Below, piece by piece: positions 54,187 to 63,387 of a DNA stretch of 64,000 nucleotides. The DNA lies in NCBI GenBank assembly GCA_965261985.1, contig OZ253490.1, positions 5,378,141 to 5,442,140 on the forward strand, written 5' to 3'. The DNA is from Alphaproteobacteria bacterium. Lineage in GTDB: Bacteria; Pseudomonadota; Alphaproteobacteria; Bin95. Below the pieces are notes generated by a model that was not told the origin of the DNA, made no database searches, and saw only the letters and a list, made by a program, of their open reading frames with translations. The position numbers and the translations under genes were made by a program. Position 1 is the first letter of the stretch, and every line of letters starts with the position of its first letter.

Positions 54187-55583
54187 GCCTTCATGACCTG
54201 ACCATGGCCGAGGCGGCGGCGCGGCTGAGGGCCGGGGATATTTCGGCGGTTGAGCTCACCGAGAGCTGCCTTGCCCGGATACGCGAGACCGAGGGGGCGC
54301 TCAACGCCTATGTCACCGTCACCGGGGAGCTGGCGCTCGAAGCCGCAGCCGCGGCCGGGAAGGAAATCGCCGCGGGCCGGGTTCGCGGGCCGATGCACGG
54401 AATCCCGGTTTGCGTGAAGGACATCTGCGACATGGCGGGCCTCGCCACAACGGCGAGCTCGAAGGTGCGCCATGACCACAAGGCGGACTCGGATTCGGCG
54501 GTCGTGACCCGGCTGCAGGATGCCGGAGCCGTGATCGTCGGCAAGACCCACACCCACGAGTTCGCCTTTGGCATTACGACTCCGACCACGCGCAACCCCT
54601 GGAACACCGATCATATTCCGGGCGGCTCCAGCGGCGGCACGGGGGCGAGCGTTGCCGCGCGCGGCTGCTTTGCCGGCATCGGCACCGATACCGGCGGGTC
54701 GATCCGCATTCCCGCGGCGCTCTGCGGCCTGGTCGGGCTGAAACCGACCTACGGGCGGGTCAGCCGTGCCGGCGTCACCTCGCTGAGCTGGTCGCTCGAC
54801 CATGTAGGTCCGCTCGCCCGCACGGTCGAGGACGCGGCCAACATGCTGGGCGTGCTCGCCGGATACGATGCGCGCGATCCGGGCAGCGTCGATCTGCCGG
54901 TGCCGGACTACACCGCGGGCATGAACGACGGCATTGCGGGTCTGCGTCTCGGCAAGCCGACCAATTTCTATTTCGACCAGATGGACGACGAGGCCCGGGG
55001 CCTGGTTGAGGCGGCCTTCGAGGTTCTCCGCGCGGCCGGCGCGGAAATCGTGCCGGTCGAGCTGCCGCTCGCCGAGACCTACATGGCGGTCGAATTCGGC
55101 CTCTGCCTGCCCGAGGCCAGCGCCTACCACGAGAAGGAGTTGCGCACGCGCGCGGACCTCTATGGCGAGGATGTCCGCACTTTCCTCGAAGCCGGCGAAC
55201 TGATACCGGCGACCGACTATATCCGGGCGCTGAGGGTGCGCGAACGGATCAAGCAGGGCTGGGCGGCCCTCATGGCGCCGGGAGGCGTCGATGCGGTCGT
55301 GGCCCCGACGGTGCCCGCCGCCGCTGCGCGCGTGGACCGGGAAATGTTCACCTGGCCCGACGGCACGGAGGAAACCGCTACCAACGCCTATGTGCGCCAT
55401 TCCTGCCCGGCCAATGTGACCGGGCTGCCGTCGATCACCGTGCCATGCGGCTTCACGGCCGCTGGCCTGCCGGTCGGCTTCCAGACCATCGGGCGGCCCT
55501 TTGCCGAAGCGGAGATCGTGCGCATTGCGCGCAGCTACGAAGCGACCGTCGATTGGAGCGCCCGCGCGCCCGATCCCAGGTAA
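54183..55583 (+). CDS. Amidase signature family enzyme (paralog of 8710-10110)
   Basis: GIPVCVKD, PGGSSGG, GTDTGGSIRIPA. Confidence 0.92.
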   Translation: MSLHDLTMAEAAARLRAGDISAVELTESCLARIRETEGALNAYVTVTGELALEAAAAAGKEIAAGRVRGPMHGIPVCVKDICDMAGLATTASSKVRHDHKADSDSAVVTRLQDAGAVIVGKTHTHEFAFGITTPTTRNPWNTDHIPGGSSGGTGASVAARGCFAGIGTDTGGSIRIPAALCGLVGLKPTYGRVSRAGVTSLSWSLDHVGPLARTVEDAANMLGVLAGYDARDPGSVDLPVPDYTAGMNDGIAGLRLGKPTNFYFDQMDDEARGLVEAAFEVLRAAGAEIVPVELPLAETYMAVEFGLCLPEASAYHEKELRTRADLYGEDVRTFLEAGELIPATDYIRALRVRERIKQGWAALMAPGGVDAVVAPTVPAAAARVDREMFTWPDGTEETATNAYVRHSCPANVTGLPSITVPCGFTAAGLPVGFQTIGRPFAEAEIVRIARSYEATVDWSARAPDPR

Positions 55584-55600
55584 AGCGGGGCCAACCGGTC

Positions 55601-56452
55601 ATGCCGATCGACGCGGCGTTCGACATTATCAGCTTCACCTCGTTTGTCGTCCTGGTGGTGCTGGGGCTCGGCGTGATCGCCAGCATGATGGGGATCTTCA
55701 ATCTCGGCCACGGCGATTTCGTCCTGCTCGGCGCCTATACCGTCTTCGTGTTCGACGAATTGGGCTTGCCGATCTGGCTCGGCATGACGACGGCGCCGTT
55801 TGCGGTTGCGCTTGTCGGGCTGGTGCTCGAACGCACCATCATCCGCCGGTTCTATGCCGCCCCGGTCATCGCGATGCTCGGCACCTATGCCATCGGCGTG
55901 GTGATCCGCGAAACGGTCCGCGGCCTGATCGGCGGGCTCTACCACGCAATTCCCGAACCGCTCCCCGGCATGATCGATATCGGCGAAATCAGCATTTCCA
56001 AATGGCGGCTCACCGTCATCCTGATCACCGTCCTGGTGGTGCTGGGGTCCTATCTGCTGCTCCGCCGCACGACGCTCGGCCTCAAGATCCGCGCCTCGCT
56101 GGAGAATCCCGCGCTTGCGCGAAGTGCCGCCATCTCGACCGGCCAGATTTACGCGCTCACCTTTGCGTTCGGCTGCGGTCTCGCCGGCCTCGCCGGCGCG
56201 CTGATGGTGCCGGCATTTTCGCTGAGCGCCGATCTCGGCGTGCGTTTCCTGATCCAGGCGTTTCTCGCGATCATGCTGGGCGGGATCGGGACCTTCGAGG
56301 GACCCATCGGGGGCGCCGCGCTCATCGGCGCATCGACCGCCGCATTCCCCTGGGTCATGAACCCGATTCTTGCCGACATCATGGTTTTTGTTCTGGCGAT
56401 TGTTGCAATCCGACTCAGGCCGCGGGGCCTGTTCACCAAGAGGAGACTCTGA
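55601..56452 (+). CDS. Urea/amide-type ABC permease (UrtB/LivH-like)
   Basis: MGIFNLGHGDF, GLKIRASLEN, LGGIG. Confidence 0.88.
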   Translation: MPIDAAFDIISFTSFVVLVVLGLGVIASMMGIFNLGHGDFVLLGAYTVFVFDELGLPIWLGMTTAPFAVALVGLVLERTIIRRFYAAPVIAMLGTYAIGVVIRETVRGLIGGLYHAIPEPLPGMIDIGEISISKWRLTVILITVLVVLGSYLLLRRTTLGLKIRASLENPALARSAAISTGQIYALTFAFGCGLAGLAGALMVPAFSLSADLGVRFLIQAFLAIMLGGIGTFEGPIGGAALIGASTAAFPWVMNPILADIMVFVLAIVAIRLRPRGLFTKRRL

Positions 56453-56453
56453 G

Positions 56454-57698
56454 ATGAGTGAACGTGAATCTGCTAACGGAGGATGGGGGGCGCTCCCTCG
56501 CCGCCGTTTCCTTTCGAGCACCGCCTGGACGGCCGGCGCCGTGGCGACGGGGCTTGGCAGCTGGGTGATCCCGGCGAAATGGGCCAGCGCGGCCGATCCC
56601 ATCAAGGTGGGCATCGCAACCGACCTGACCGGCGCCATCGGCTTTGCCGGCAATGCCTGCGCCAACACCGCCCGCATGATGGTCGAGGACATCAACGCCG
56701 CCGGGGGCGTTATCGACCGGCCGCTCGAGCTTTACATCGAGGATACCGCGTCCAATGAATCGGTCGCGGTCAACAATGTGCGCAAGCTGGTGCAGCGCCA
56801 CCGGGTCGATGTGGTCCTGGGCGGCATCACCAGTTCCATGCGCAATGCGATCAAGGATGTGATCGTCAATCGCGGACGCACGCTCTACATCTACCCGCAG
56901 CTCTATGAGGGCCGCGAGTGCACGCCCTACCTGTTCTGCACCGGCCCCACTCCGGCGCAGCAATGCGATGCGCTGATTCCCTGGCTGATGGCAGACGGCG
57001 CCAAGCGCTTCGCCTTCCCCTCGGCGAACTACATCTGGCCGCACCGGCTCAACGAGTATGCCCGCAAGGTGGTCGAGGCCAATGGCGGCGAGGTGGTGTT
57101 CGAGGAGTATTATCCGCTCGACCAGATCGAATACAGCGCGACCGTCTCCAAGATCATGAACGAGGACATCGACATCGTGTTCTTCACCGTGATCCCGCCC
57201 GGCCTCGCGCCGTTCGTGAAGCAGATGTACGAGGCCGGATATCAGGAGCGGGGCGGGCGCCTGTCCTGCGTCTATTACGACGAGAACCTGCTCAATTTCC
57301 ATCCGCCCCACGAGATGGAGGGCCTGGTGAGCTGTCTCGATTACTTCCGCGCCATATCGGAAGGCGGAGAACATCAGTTCAGCGCAGACCTGCACGCCAA
57401 ATACGACGCGAAGTTCCCGGACGGTCCGGGTTTCGCTGCGGGCAGCGCCGCGACCGGCATCTATCGCGGCCTCAAGATGTGGGAAGGCGCGGTCACCGAG
57501 GCCGGCAATCTGGAGCGCGACGATGTCGCCGCCGCGATCGACCACGCGCGGATCGAGAACGGTCCGGGCGGAGGTTCGGAAATGGTGCCGGGCACGTACC
57601 ATTGCCGCATGAACATGTATATCGCGGTCTGCAAGAGCGGACGCTACGAGATCGCACAACAGAGCGACGGCATGGTCGAGCCGGGGGAATGCGCTTGA
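56454..57698 (+). CDS. Tat-exported amide/urea-type substrate-binding protein (UrtA/AmiC-like)
   Basis: RRRFL twin-arginine signal, PIKVG, YIYPQLYEG, NYIWP. Confidence 0.88.
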   Translation: MSERESANGGWGALPRRRFLSSTAWTAGAVATGLGSWVIPAKWASAADPIKVGIATDLTGAIGFAGNACANTARMMVEDINAAGGVIDRPLELYIEDTASNESVAVNNVRKLVQRHRVDVVLGGITSSMRNAIKDVIVNRGRTLYIYPQLYEGRECTPYLFCTGPTPAQQCDALIPWLMADGAKRFAFPSANYIWPHRLNEYARKVVEANGGEVVFEEYYPLDQIEYSATVSKIMNEDIDIVFFTVIPPGLAPFVKQMYEAGYQERGGRLSCVYYDENLLNFHPPHEMEGLVSCLDYFRAISEGGEHQFSADLHAKYDAKFPDGPGFAAGSAATGIYRGLKMWEGAVTEAGNLERDDVAAAIDHARIENGPGGGSEMVPGTYHCRMNMYIAVCKSGRYEIAQQSDGMVEPGECA

Positions 57699-57711
57699 TC
57701 CCCGACCTGCC

Positions 57712-58725
57712 ATGACCCTCAACCCGCGCGGCTGGCCCGTCATTCTGGTGCTGGAATTGGCGGTGCTGGCCGCGCTCCTGGTGATGCCTGCGGGGCTGGA
57801 CCATTTCTGGGTGATCTTCGTCACCCGGGTGATGATCCTTGCCCTGCTCGCGATCAGCTTCGACCTCGTCTGGGGCTATGCCGGGATCATGAGTTTCGGC
57901 CAGGCCCTGTTCTTCGGCGGGGCGGGATATGCCGTGGCGGTCGCCGCGCGCGACCTCGAAATCACTTCGGTGTTCATCGCCCTGCCGATGGCGGTCGTCG
58001 TCGGCTTCGTGTTTTCGCTGTTCGTCGGGTGGTTCCTGTTGATGACCCGGTTTCCGCCGCCGATCATTTTCGTCGCCCTCGGCACGCTCACCGGCTCCTA
58101 TGTCGGGCAAAGGCTGGCGCTGTCCTGGTACTATCTCGGCGGCCAGAACGGCATTCCCTCGATTCCCTCGCTCACCGTCGGCGACTATCCGCTCTATGAG
58201 GGCCCCGAGTTCTACTACATGGTGCTCGGCCTGGTGCTTGTCGTGTACCTGCTGTGCCGCTGGCTGGTGCGCTCGCAGTTCGGCCTGGTGCTTGCCGGCA
58301 TTCGCCAGCAGGAGTCGCGGTTGACCTTCCTCGGCTACCGCGTGCAGACCTACAAGACGATGATGTTTGCGCTCGCCGGCTCCATCGCCGGCCTGGGCGG
58401 CGGCCTGCTGGCCTTCCATGACGGGTTCATCTGGCCCAACTCGATCGGAATACTGCTGTCCACCCAGGCCGTGATCTTCGTCCTGTTCGGCGGCATCGGC
58501 ACCCTGATCGGCGCGGTAATCGGGGTCGGGGCGATTGAATATGTCGGTTTCGAGCTGGCCGACCGATACCCGCAAATCTGGCCGATCATTCTTGGAGCGC
58601 TGCTTCTGGTGGTGGTCATGTTCCGCCCGACGGGCCTGATCGGCCTGCTGGTGCCCGAACGGGAGCGATACGGCCGGTTCGGGAAACCCCCGAAGAGCGA
58701 GGACGGCGACAATGGCGCTGCTTGA
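57712..58725 (+). CDS. ABC permease (UrtC/LivM-like)
   Basis: DLVWGYAGIMSFGQ, GGQNG, GGIGTLIG. Confidence 0.88.
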   Translation: MTLNPRGWPVILVLELAVLAALLVMPAGLDHFWVIFVTRVMILALLAISFDLVWGYAGIMSFGQALFFGGAGYAVAVAARDLEITSVFIALPMAVVVGFVFSLFVGWFLLMTRFPPPIIFVALGTLTGSYVGQRLALSWYYLGGQNGIPSIPSLTVGDYPLYEGPEFYYMVLGLVLVVYLLCRWLVRSQFGLVLAGIRQQESRLTFLGYRVQTYKTMMFALAGSIAGLGGGLLAFHDGFIWPNSIGILLSTQAVIFVLFGGIGTLIGAVIGVGAIEYVGFELADRYPQIWPIILGALLLVVVMFRPTGLIGLLVPERERYGRFGKPPKSEDGDNGAA

Positions 58726-59446
58726 AGCCGAAGGCGTCGTCCAGCTCTACGGCGCCTTGCGGGCGCTCGACGGGGTGGCCTTCTCGGTCGCCGAAGGCCA
58801 GTTCCACGGTCTGGTCGGTCCCAACGGATCGGGCAAATCGACCCTGATGAAATGCATTGCGGGGGCGGAAATCCCGACAGGGGGCGCGATCCGTTTCGCC
58901 GGCGCCGATATCACCGCACTCCCGCCCGAGCGGCGGGCGAGGCTCGGCATCAGCCTCAAGTTCCAGATCACCAGCGTGATGCCCAACCTCACCGTCTATG
59001 ACAATGTCCTGCTGGCGCTCCAGGCGGGCGACCGCCTGCGCGACCTGGTGCGCTCGGTGACCCGAGGCGGCTACGACGCGCGGATCCGCGAGACCCTGGC
59101 CCGCTTCCGCCTGATAGAGCGCAGCGACGATCTCGCCGGCATCCTGTCCCACGGCCAGCAGCAATGGCTGGAAATCGCCATGGCGGTCGTCCGGCAACCC
59201 AAACTTCTGCTTCTGGACGAACCCACCGCCGGGATGAGCCCCGAGGAGCGCTGGGCCACCGCCGAAATCCTGGAGCCGGTGCGCGGCCACTGCGCCATGG
59301 TCATCGTCGAGCACGACCTCGACTTCATCCGCGATATCTGCGACCGGCTGACGGTGCTGAACCAGGGCGTCGTCGTGGACAGCGGCACGGTCGCCGAGAT
59401 CCAGAACAGCGAGAAAGTGCGCGAGGTGTATCTCAGCCGTGTCTGA
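58712..59446 (+). CDS. ABC ATP-binding protein (UrtD/LivG-like)
   Basis: GPNGSGKS, LSHGQQQWLEI, LDEPTAGM. Confidence 0.92.
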   Translation: MALLEAEGVVQLYGALRALDGVAFSVAEGQFHGLVGPNGSGKSTLMKCIAGAEIPTGGAIRFAGADITALPPERRARLGISLKFQITSVMPNLTVYDNVLLALQAGDRLRDLVRSVTRGGYDARIRETLARFRLIERSDDLAGILSHGQQQWLEIAMAVVRQPKLLLLDEPTAGMSPEERWATAEILEPVRGHCAMVIVEHDLDFIRDICDRLTVLNQGVVVDSGTVAEIQNSEKVREVYLSRV

Positions 59447-60140
59447 CGGGCCGCTCCTCGAAGTGCACGACCTGTGCACCTTCTACAGCCGCAGCCAGGT
59501 GCTGTTCGACCTGTCGCTGAAGGCTCCGCACACGGGAGCGGTCGCGATATTGGGGCGCAACGGCGCGGGCAAGACCACCCTGTTGCAGAGCATCGCCGGG
59601 GAACTGCGCCCGCGCAGCGGACGGATCGTTGTCGATGGCGAGGACTGCACGCGGCTCTCCACCGAACGGCGCGCGCGGCGCGGGCTCGGATATGTGCCGC
59701 AGGAGCATGCCGTGTTCAGCGGCCTCAGCGTGCGCGAGAACCTCGCCATCGGCGCGCTCGGCAATCCCGACTCTCGGGAGATCGACCAGAGCCTCTCCCT
59801 GTTTCCGAAACTGGCGGACCGGCTGGACCAGATCGCCGGCACGCTCAGCGGGGGCGAACGCAAGATGCTCGCCATCGGCCGCGCGCTCCTGGGCCAGCCG
59901 AAGCTGCTGCTGCTCGACGAGCCGACGGAAGGCGTGTGGATCGGCGTGATCGAGGAGATCGCCGAACGGCTCGCGGCCTTGAGCAAGGAAATGGCGCTGG
60001 TGATCGTCGAACAGCATATGGAGCTCGCCTTTTCCATCGCCGACTATGCCTATGTCATCGACCGCGGCGAGGTCGCGATAGAAGGAACGGCAGACGAGGT
60101 GCAAGCCGATCCCGGCCTGCTGCGCCTCCTCGCCCCCTGA
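59439..60140 (+). CDS. ABC ATP-binding protein (UrtE/LivF-like)
   Basis: GRNGAGKT, LSGGERKML, LDEPTEG. Confidence 0.92.
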   Translation: MSDGPLLEVHDLCTFYSRSQVLFDLSLKAPHTGAVAILGRNGAGKTTLLQSIAGELRPRSGRIVVDGEDCTRLSTERRARRGLGYVPQEHAVFSGLSVRENLAIGALGNPDSREIDQSLSLFPKLADRLDQIAGTLSGGERKMLAIGRALLGQPKLLLLDEPTEGVWIGVIEEIAERLAALSKEMALVIVEQHMELAFSIADYAYVIDRGEVAIEGTADEVQADPGLLRLLAP

Positions 60141-60182
60141 GCGCACGCTGTCGATTCGCCTGTGTGCGCGAACGCGCGGAAA

Positions 60183-60419
60183 CCCGCAACCGGCCCACGC
60201 AGGTGACCGGCTACGGCTCGATGATGATGTTCCACCCGACCGATGCCGACCTAACCGGCTGGAAGGATGCCGACGCCGCGCCGAAGGAGGCACACGGCCA
60301 TTTTGTGTCGCGGCGCGGCATGATGGTCTTCTCCCTCCCCATGGGGCCGGACGAATTCGACGGCTCGACGGCCGCGTTCGAGGACATGCCGGATACTTAC
60401 GGGGCCTTGTTTTGAAGGG
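60183..60419 (+). repeat. Direct repeat copy 2: degenerate duplicate of the aminotransferase 3' end
   Basis: QVTGYGSMMMFHPTDA...YGALF* repeated, with a 30-nt internal deletion. Confidence 0.85.
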
Positions 60420-60529
60420 GCGCTACGCCTGAAATTGAGTGATTGGTCTTCGTGAATTCGCCGTGCTTCGCGCCATTGAGCGTTCTCGACGGGCGGATAT
60501 TGGCGTCTGCCGGAAAGTTACTGATGCAG

Positions 60530-61282
60530 TCACGCGCCCATCAAGGCAACAATTGCGTCAAGCCAATCGCGCGCCTCCTCACCGGCGTCGGTAATGTTGC
60601 AGACGAATTCCTGACCCCGACCCACGGTGCGGAGAATTCCGTCTTCACGCCACAATTCGGGATTACCGTGGAAGGACACTCCCTTGTGGCGGTGCAGCCA
60701 TGCCGGAACCTTCCATAAAGAGGTCGAACCTTCTGGCGCGGTCAATCGAAGGCAAGGGTGACAATAATCGGCAGTGCCTCCCTCGCCGACATAAAGGGTG
60801 TTGTTCTTGTGCCAACGACCCACGGTATTCGGATGCCGATAGGGCAACCAACAAGGCGAATCCTCGCTATTGGGACTCTCGCCAAGGTGGCACACGGTGT
60901 CTACACGCAGATATCCGAACAGCCAGTGCTCGCGTTTTCCCGTGTCCGCGTTCGCGAACAGTCCGAAGAAAAGGAACAGGCTGCCCAGACCGACCCCCTG
61001 CTTGCACAGGTGTCCTTGCGCTGCTCCCGTCTGTCCGAGCGCGCAACGGCCTTCGTGGAAGGCGGGGTCCGCATGACACCAGCGGTGGCGCGAAATACGG
61101 CCCTTGGTCTGGCGCTCGACAAGGTCGCCGAGCCCCAACATTTCATAGGTAGTGCCGCTATAGGTTTTCCCGCTGCAATCCTTGTTCAAGATCGGCAATG
61201 AGCACGGTCGTCCCTCCTCAAATGGAGACGGTGCGCGTCCATTGCTGCTGTCAAACCCCTTGCGGCTGAATATGACCTTCAT
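60530..61282 (-). CDS. Nucleotide-modification-associated domain 3 (Nmad3)-like protein
   Basis: MKVIFSRKGFDSSNG..PSP, CHADP, GQTGAAQGHL, FLFFGLF, GRGQEFV (recalled family pattern). Confidence 0.7.
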   Translation of the reverse strand: MKVIFSRKGFDSSNGRAPSPFEEGRPCSLPILNKDCSGKTYSGTTYEMLGLGDLVERQTKGRISRHRWCHADPAFHEGRCALGQTGAAQGHLCKQGVGLGSLFLFFGLFANADTGKREHWLFGYLRVDTVCHLGESPNSEDSPCWLPYRHPNTVGRWHKNNTLYVGEGGTADYCHPCLRLTAPEGSTSLWKVPAWLHRHKGVSFHGNPELWREDGILRTVGRGQEFVCNITDAGEEARDWLDAIVALMGA

Positions 61283-61453
61283 TGTGCCGCGCGATTCCTC
61301 TCTGAGACGGAAGCAACCACAAAAAGGGGGATGGCTTCGAAACTCTATCGGTATCGCACCTTCGGATGAGACTGCAAAGCGTTATCGGGTTGACAGTCGA
61401 GGGCCGCAAGACTCCGGACGCCCACCGTTAGCGGGGAAAAAGGGGGCCCTTCC

Positions 61454-61699
61454 TCAGGGGAGACCCGCGGCTTTTCGGAGTGCTTCGTTGATGCGGCTTT
61501 GCCAACCGGGCCCGCCGGAGCGGAAAGCGGCGAGGACGTCAGGATCGAGACGGAGCGTGGTTCGAACTTTCGTCACGTCGGATTTCGGTCGGCCGCGGCG
61601 CACCGGGGCCTTGGCGAATTTCGCCTGCCACTCGGGGGTGCTGAAATCCGGCAGGTCATCATCGGAACCGGGGTGTGTAGAGCTCTTGTTCACGGGCAT
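61454..61699 (-). CDS. brnA: BrnA antitoxin
   Basis: RGRPK...TLRLDPDVLAAFRSGGPGWQSRINEALR. Confidence 0.9.
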   Translation of the reverse strand: MPVNKSSTHPGSDDDLPDFSTPEWQAKFAKAPVRRGRPKSDVTKVRTTLRLDPDVLAAFRSGGPGWQSRINEALRKAAGLP

Positions 61700-61931
61700 T
61701 GGCCTTTCTCATGCTGATGATGCGGCGAGCGCCGTCGCGCGGGGTCCACGCCACGAACACCATGCGATCAGCGAGAAATCCAACGGTGATGTACCGGGTC
61801 TCGCCGTAGTCCCTGCGGTCGTCCTCGATGGTGATGGTCGCGCCGTCGAACAGGCTGCCGGCGTCGGCCATGTCGAGACCGCGGTCACGAAGCGTGGCGC
61901 TGCGCTTGGCGGGGTCGTATTCGATCCGCAT
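61659..61931 (-). CDS. brnT: BrnT ribonuclease toxin
   Basis: EYDPAK, DYGETR, RIISMRKANARE; overlaps brnA. Confidence 0.9.
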   Translation of the reverse strand: MRIEYDPAKRSATLRDRGLDMADAGSLFDGATITIEDDRRDYGETRYITVGFLADRMVFVAWTPRDGARRIISMRKANAREQELYTPRFR

Positions 61932-62113
61932 TATTTATGTCACTACAGAAAATAAGTGCCGTCAAGGGAGCCGATTCCGGCAGGAGGCGAAATCTTGCGG
62001 CAAGGAAACCCCCGATGCACGCCGCTACCGCCGGCGCTTCGCAGCGGCTATGAAGGTCAGTCGTCCCCGCCATGTAGGCGGGAGCAACAGGTAGCGGGAC
62101 GAGCGGGCGGGCC

Positions 62114-63283
62114 ATGAAGTATGACGTCATCATCATCGGCGGCGGCCTGCACGGTTGCAGCACGGCGTATCACCTGATCGTCCGCGAGCCGGGGCTGCGC
62201 ATCGCGGTGGTCGAGCGCGATCCGTCCTATGAACATGCCGCCTCGATCCGCACGACGGCCGGCGTGCGCGTCATGTTCTCGCAGGAAGAGAATGTGCGCA
62301 TGTCCCAATACGGCCACGAGTTCTACCAGGGCTACGAACGGGCGATGACGGTCGATGGCGAACTGGCCACCGTCTCCTTTCGCCGCCAGGGGTATCTGCA
62401 CATGGCGACTTCGGCCGATATGGCCGACATCATGCGGGCCAATCACGCGCTCCAGAGAAGCCTCGGCTGCAATGTCGATCTCATCGACGCAGCGGAGATG
62501 GCGGCCCGCTTCCCTTCGCTCCGCGTGGACGACGTCGTCTGCGCGACGCACTCTCCCGACGACGGCTGGATCGATTCGCACGGCGCACTCATGGCGCTCC
62601 GGCGCAAGGCGCGGGCGCTCGGCGTCAGCTATATCGCGGGTTCCGCGGTCGGGCTGAATGTCTCTTCCGGCCTGGTCCGTTCGGTCGCCCTCCAAAGCGG
62701 CGAGGTCCTGGAGGGCGATTGGATCGTAAACAATACCGGAGCCTGGGCGCATGAGGTCTGCGCGATGGTCGGCCTCGACATTCCGGTCCGGCCGATGCCG
62801 CGCACCACCTGGTATTTCGAATGCCGGGCGGAGATCGAGCCGATGCCGCTCACGACGGACGGGATGTCGATCGGGTTCCGGCCCGAAGGCGCGGGCTTCA
62901 TTGCAGGCATATCCGACTATGAGCGCGCCGGCGATTTCGAATGGGAGCCGGACCTGGATGCGTTCGAAAGCGAGGCGTGGCCGCGCCTTGCCCGCCGCCT
63001 GCCCACGTTCGAAGCGATCCGGCTCAGGAACGCCTGGGCCTGCCACTACGCCTACAACACATTCGACGGCAATATGATTATCGGCGCCTGGCCGGGCGCG
63101 CCGGCGAATTTCCTGATGGCCACCGGATTTTCGGGCCACGGGCTCCAGCACGCGCCCGCAACGGGCCGGGCCATGTCGGAATTGATCCTCGACGGGCGTT
63201 TCACGACCATCGACCTCGAGCGCTTTCATTGCCGGCGGGTTCCGGAAAACAGGCGCGAGCCGGAACGCGGCGTGACGGCCTGA
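62114..63283 (+). CDS. FAD-dependent oxidoreductase (DAO/sarcosine oxidase beta-like)
   Basis: IIGGGLHG, VVERD, ATGFSGHGLQHAP. Confidence 0.88.
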   Translation: MKYDVIIIGGGLHGCSTAYHLIVREPGLRIAVVERDPSYEHAASIRTTAGVRVMFSQEENVRMSQYGHEFYQGYERAMTVDGELATVSFRRQGYLHMATSADMADIMRANHALQRSLGCNVDLIDAAEMAARFPSLRVDDVVCATHSPDDGWIDSHGALMALRRKARALGVSYIAGSAVGLNVSSGLVRSVALQSGEVLEGDWIVNNTGAWAHEVCAMVGLDIPVRPMPRTTWYFECRAEIEPMPLTTDGMSIGFRPEGAGFIAGISDYERAGDFEWEPDLDAFESEAWPRLARRLPTFEAIRLRNAWACHYAYNTFDGNMIIGAWPGAPANFLMATGFSGHGLQHAPATGRAMSELILDGRFTTIDLERFHCRRVPENRREPERGVTA

Positions 63284-63387
63284 AGCGCCGCCGACGACAA
63301 CACGCGCGCCCGAACGGCATAGAGGCGGCCGGGACGGCGCGCCAGTAGCGATCCGGCGGCCAACCTGTCCAGGCCCAGGCCAGACCG

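Noticed and set aside
35932-58575. Many long antisense or alternative-frame ORFs (e.g. 35932-37173, 42860-44164, 52294-53724, 56433-57824)
   Set aside because: They are shadows of well-supported genes in high-GC DNA and have no motifs.
59474-60415. 313-aa ORF ending in aminotransferase sequence
   Set aside because: It is an alternative frame of the ABC ATPase running into the duplicated repeat.
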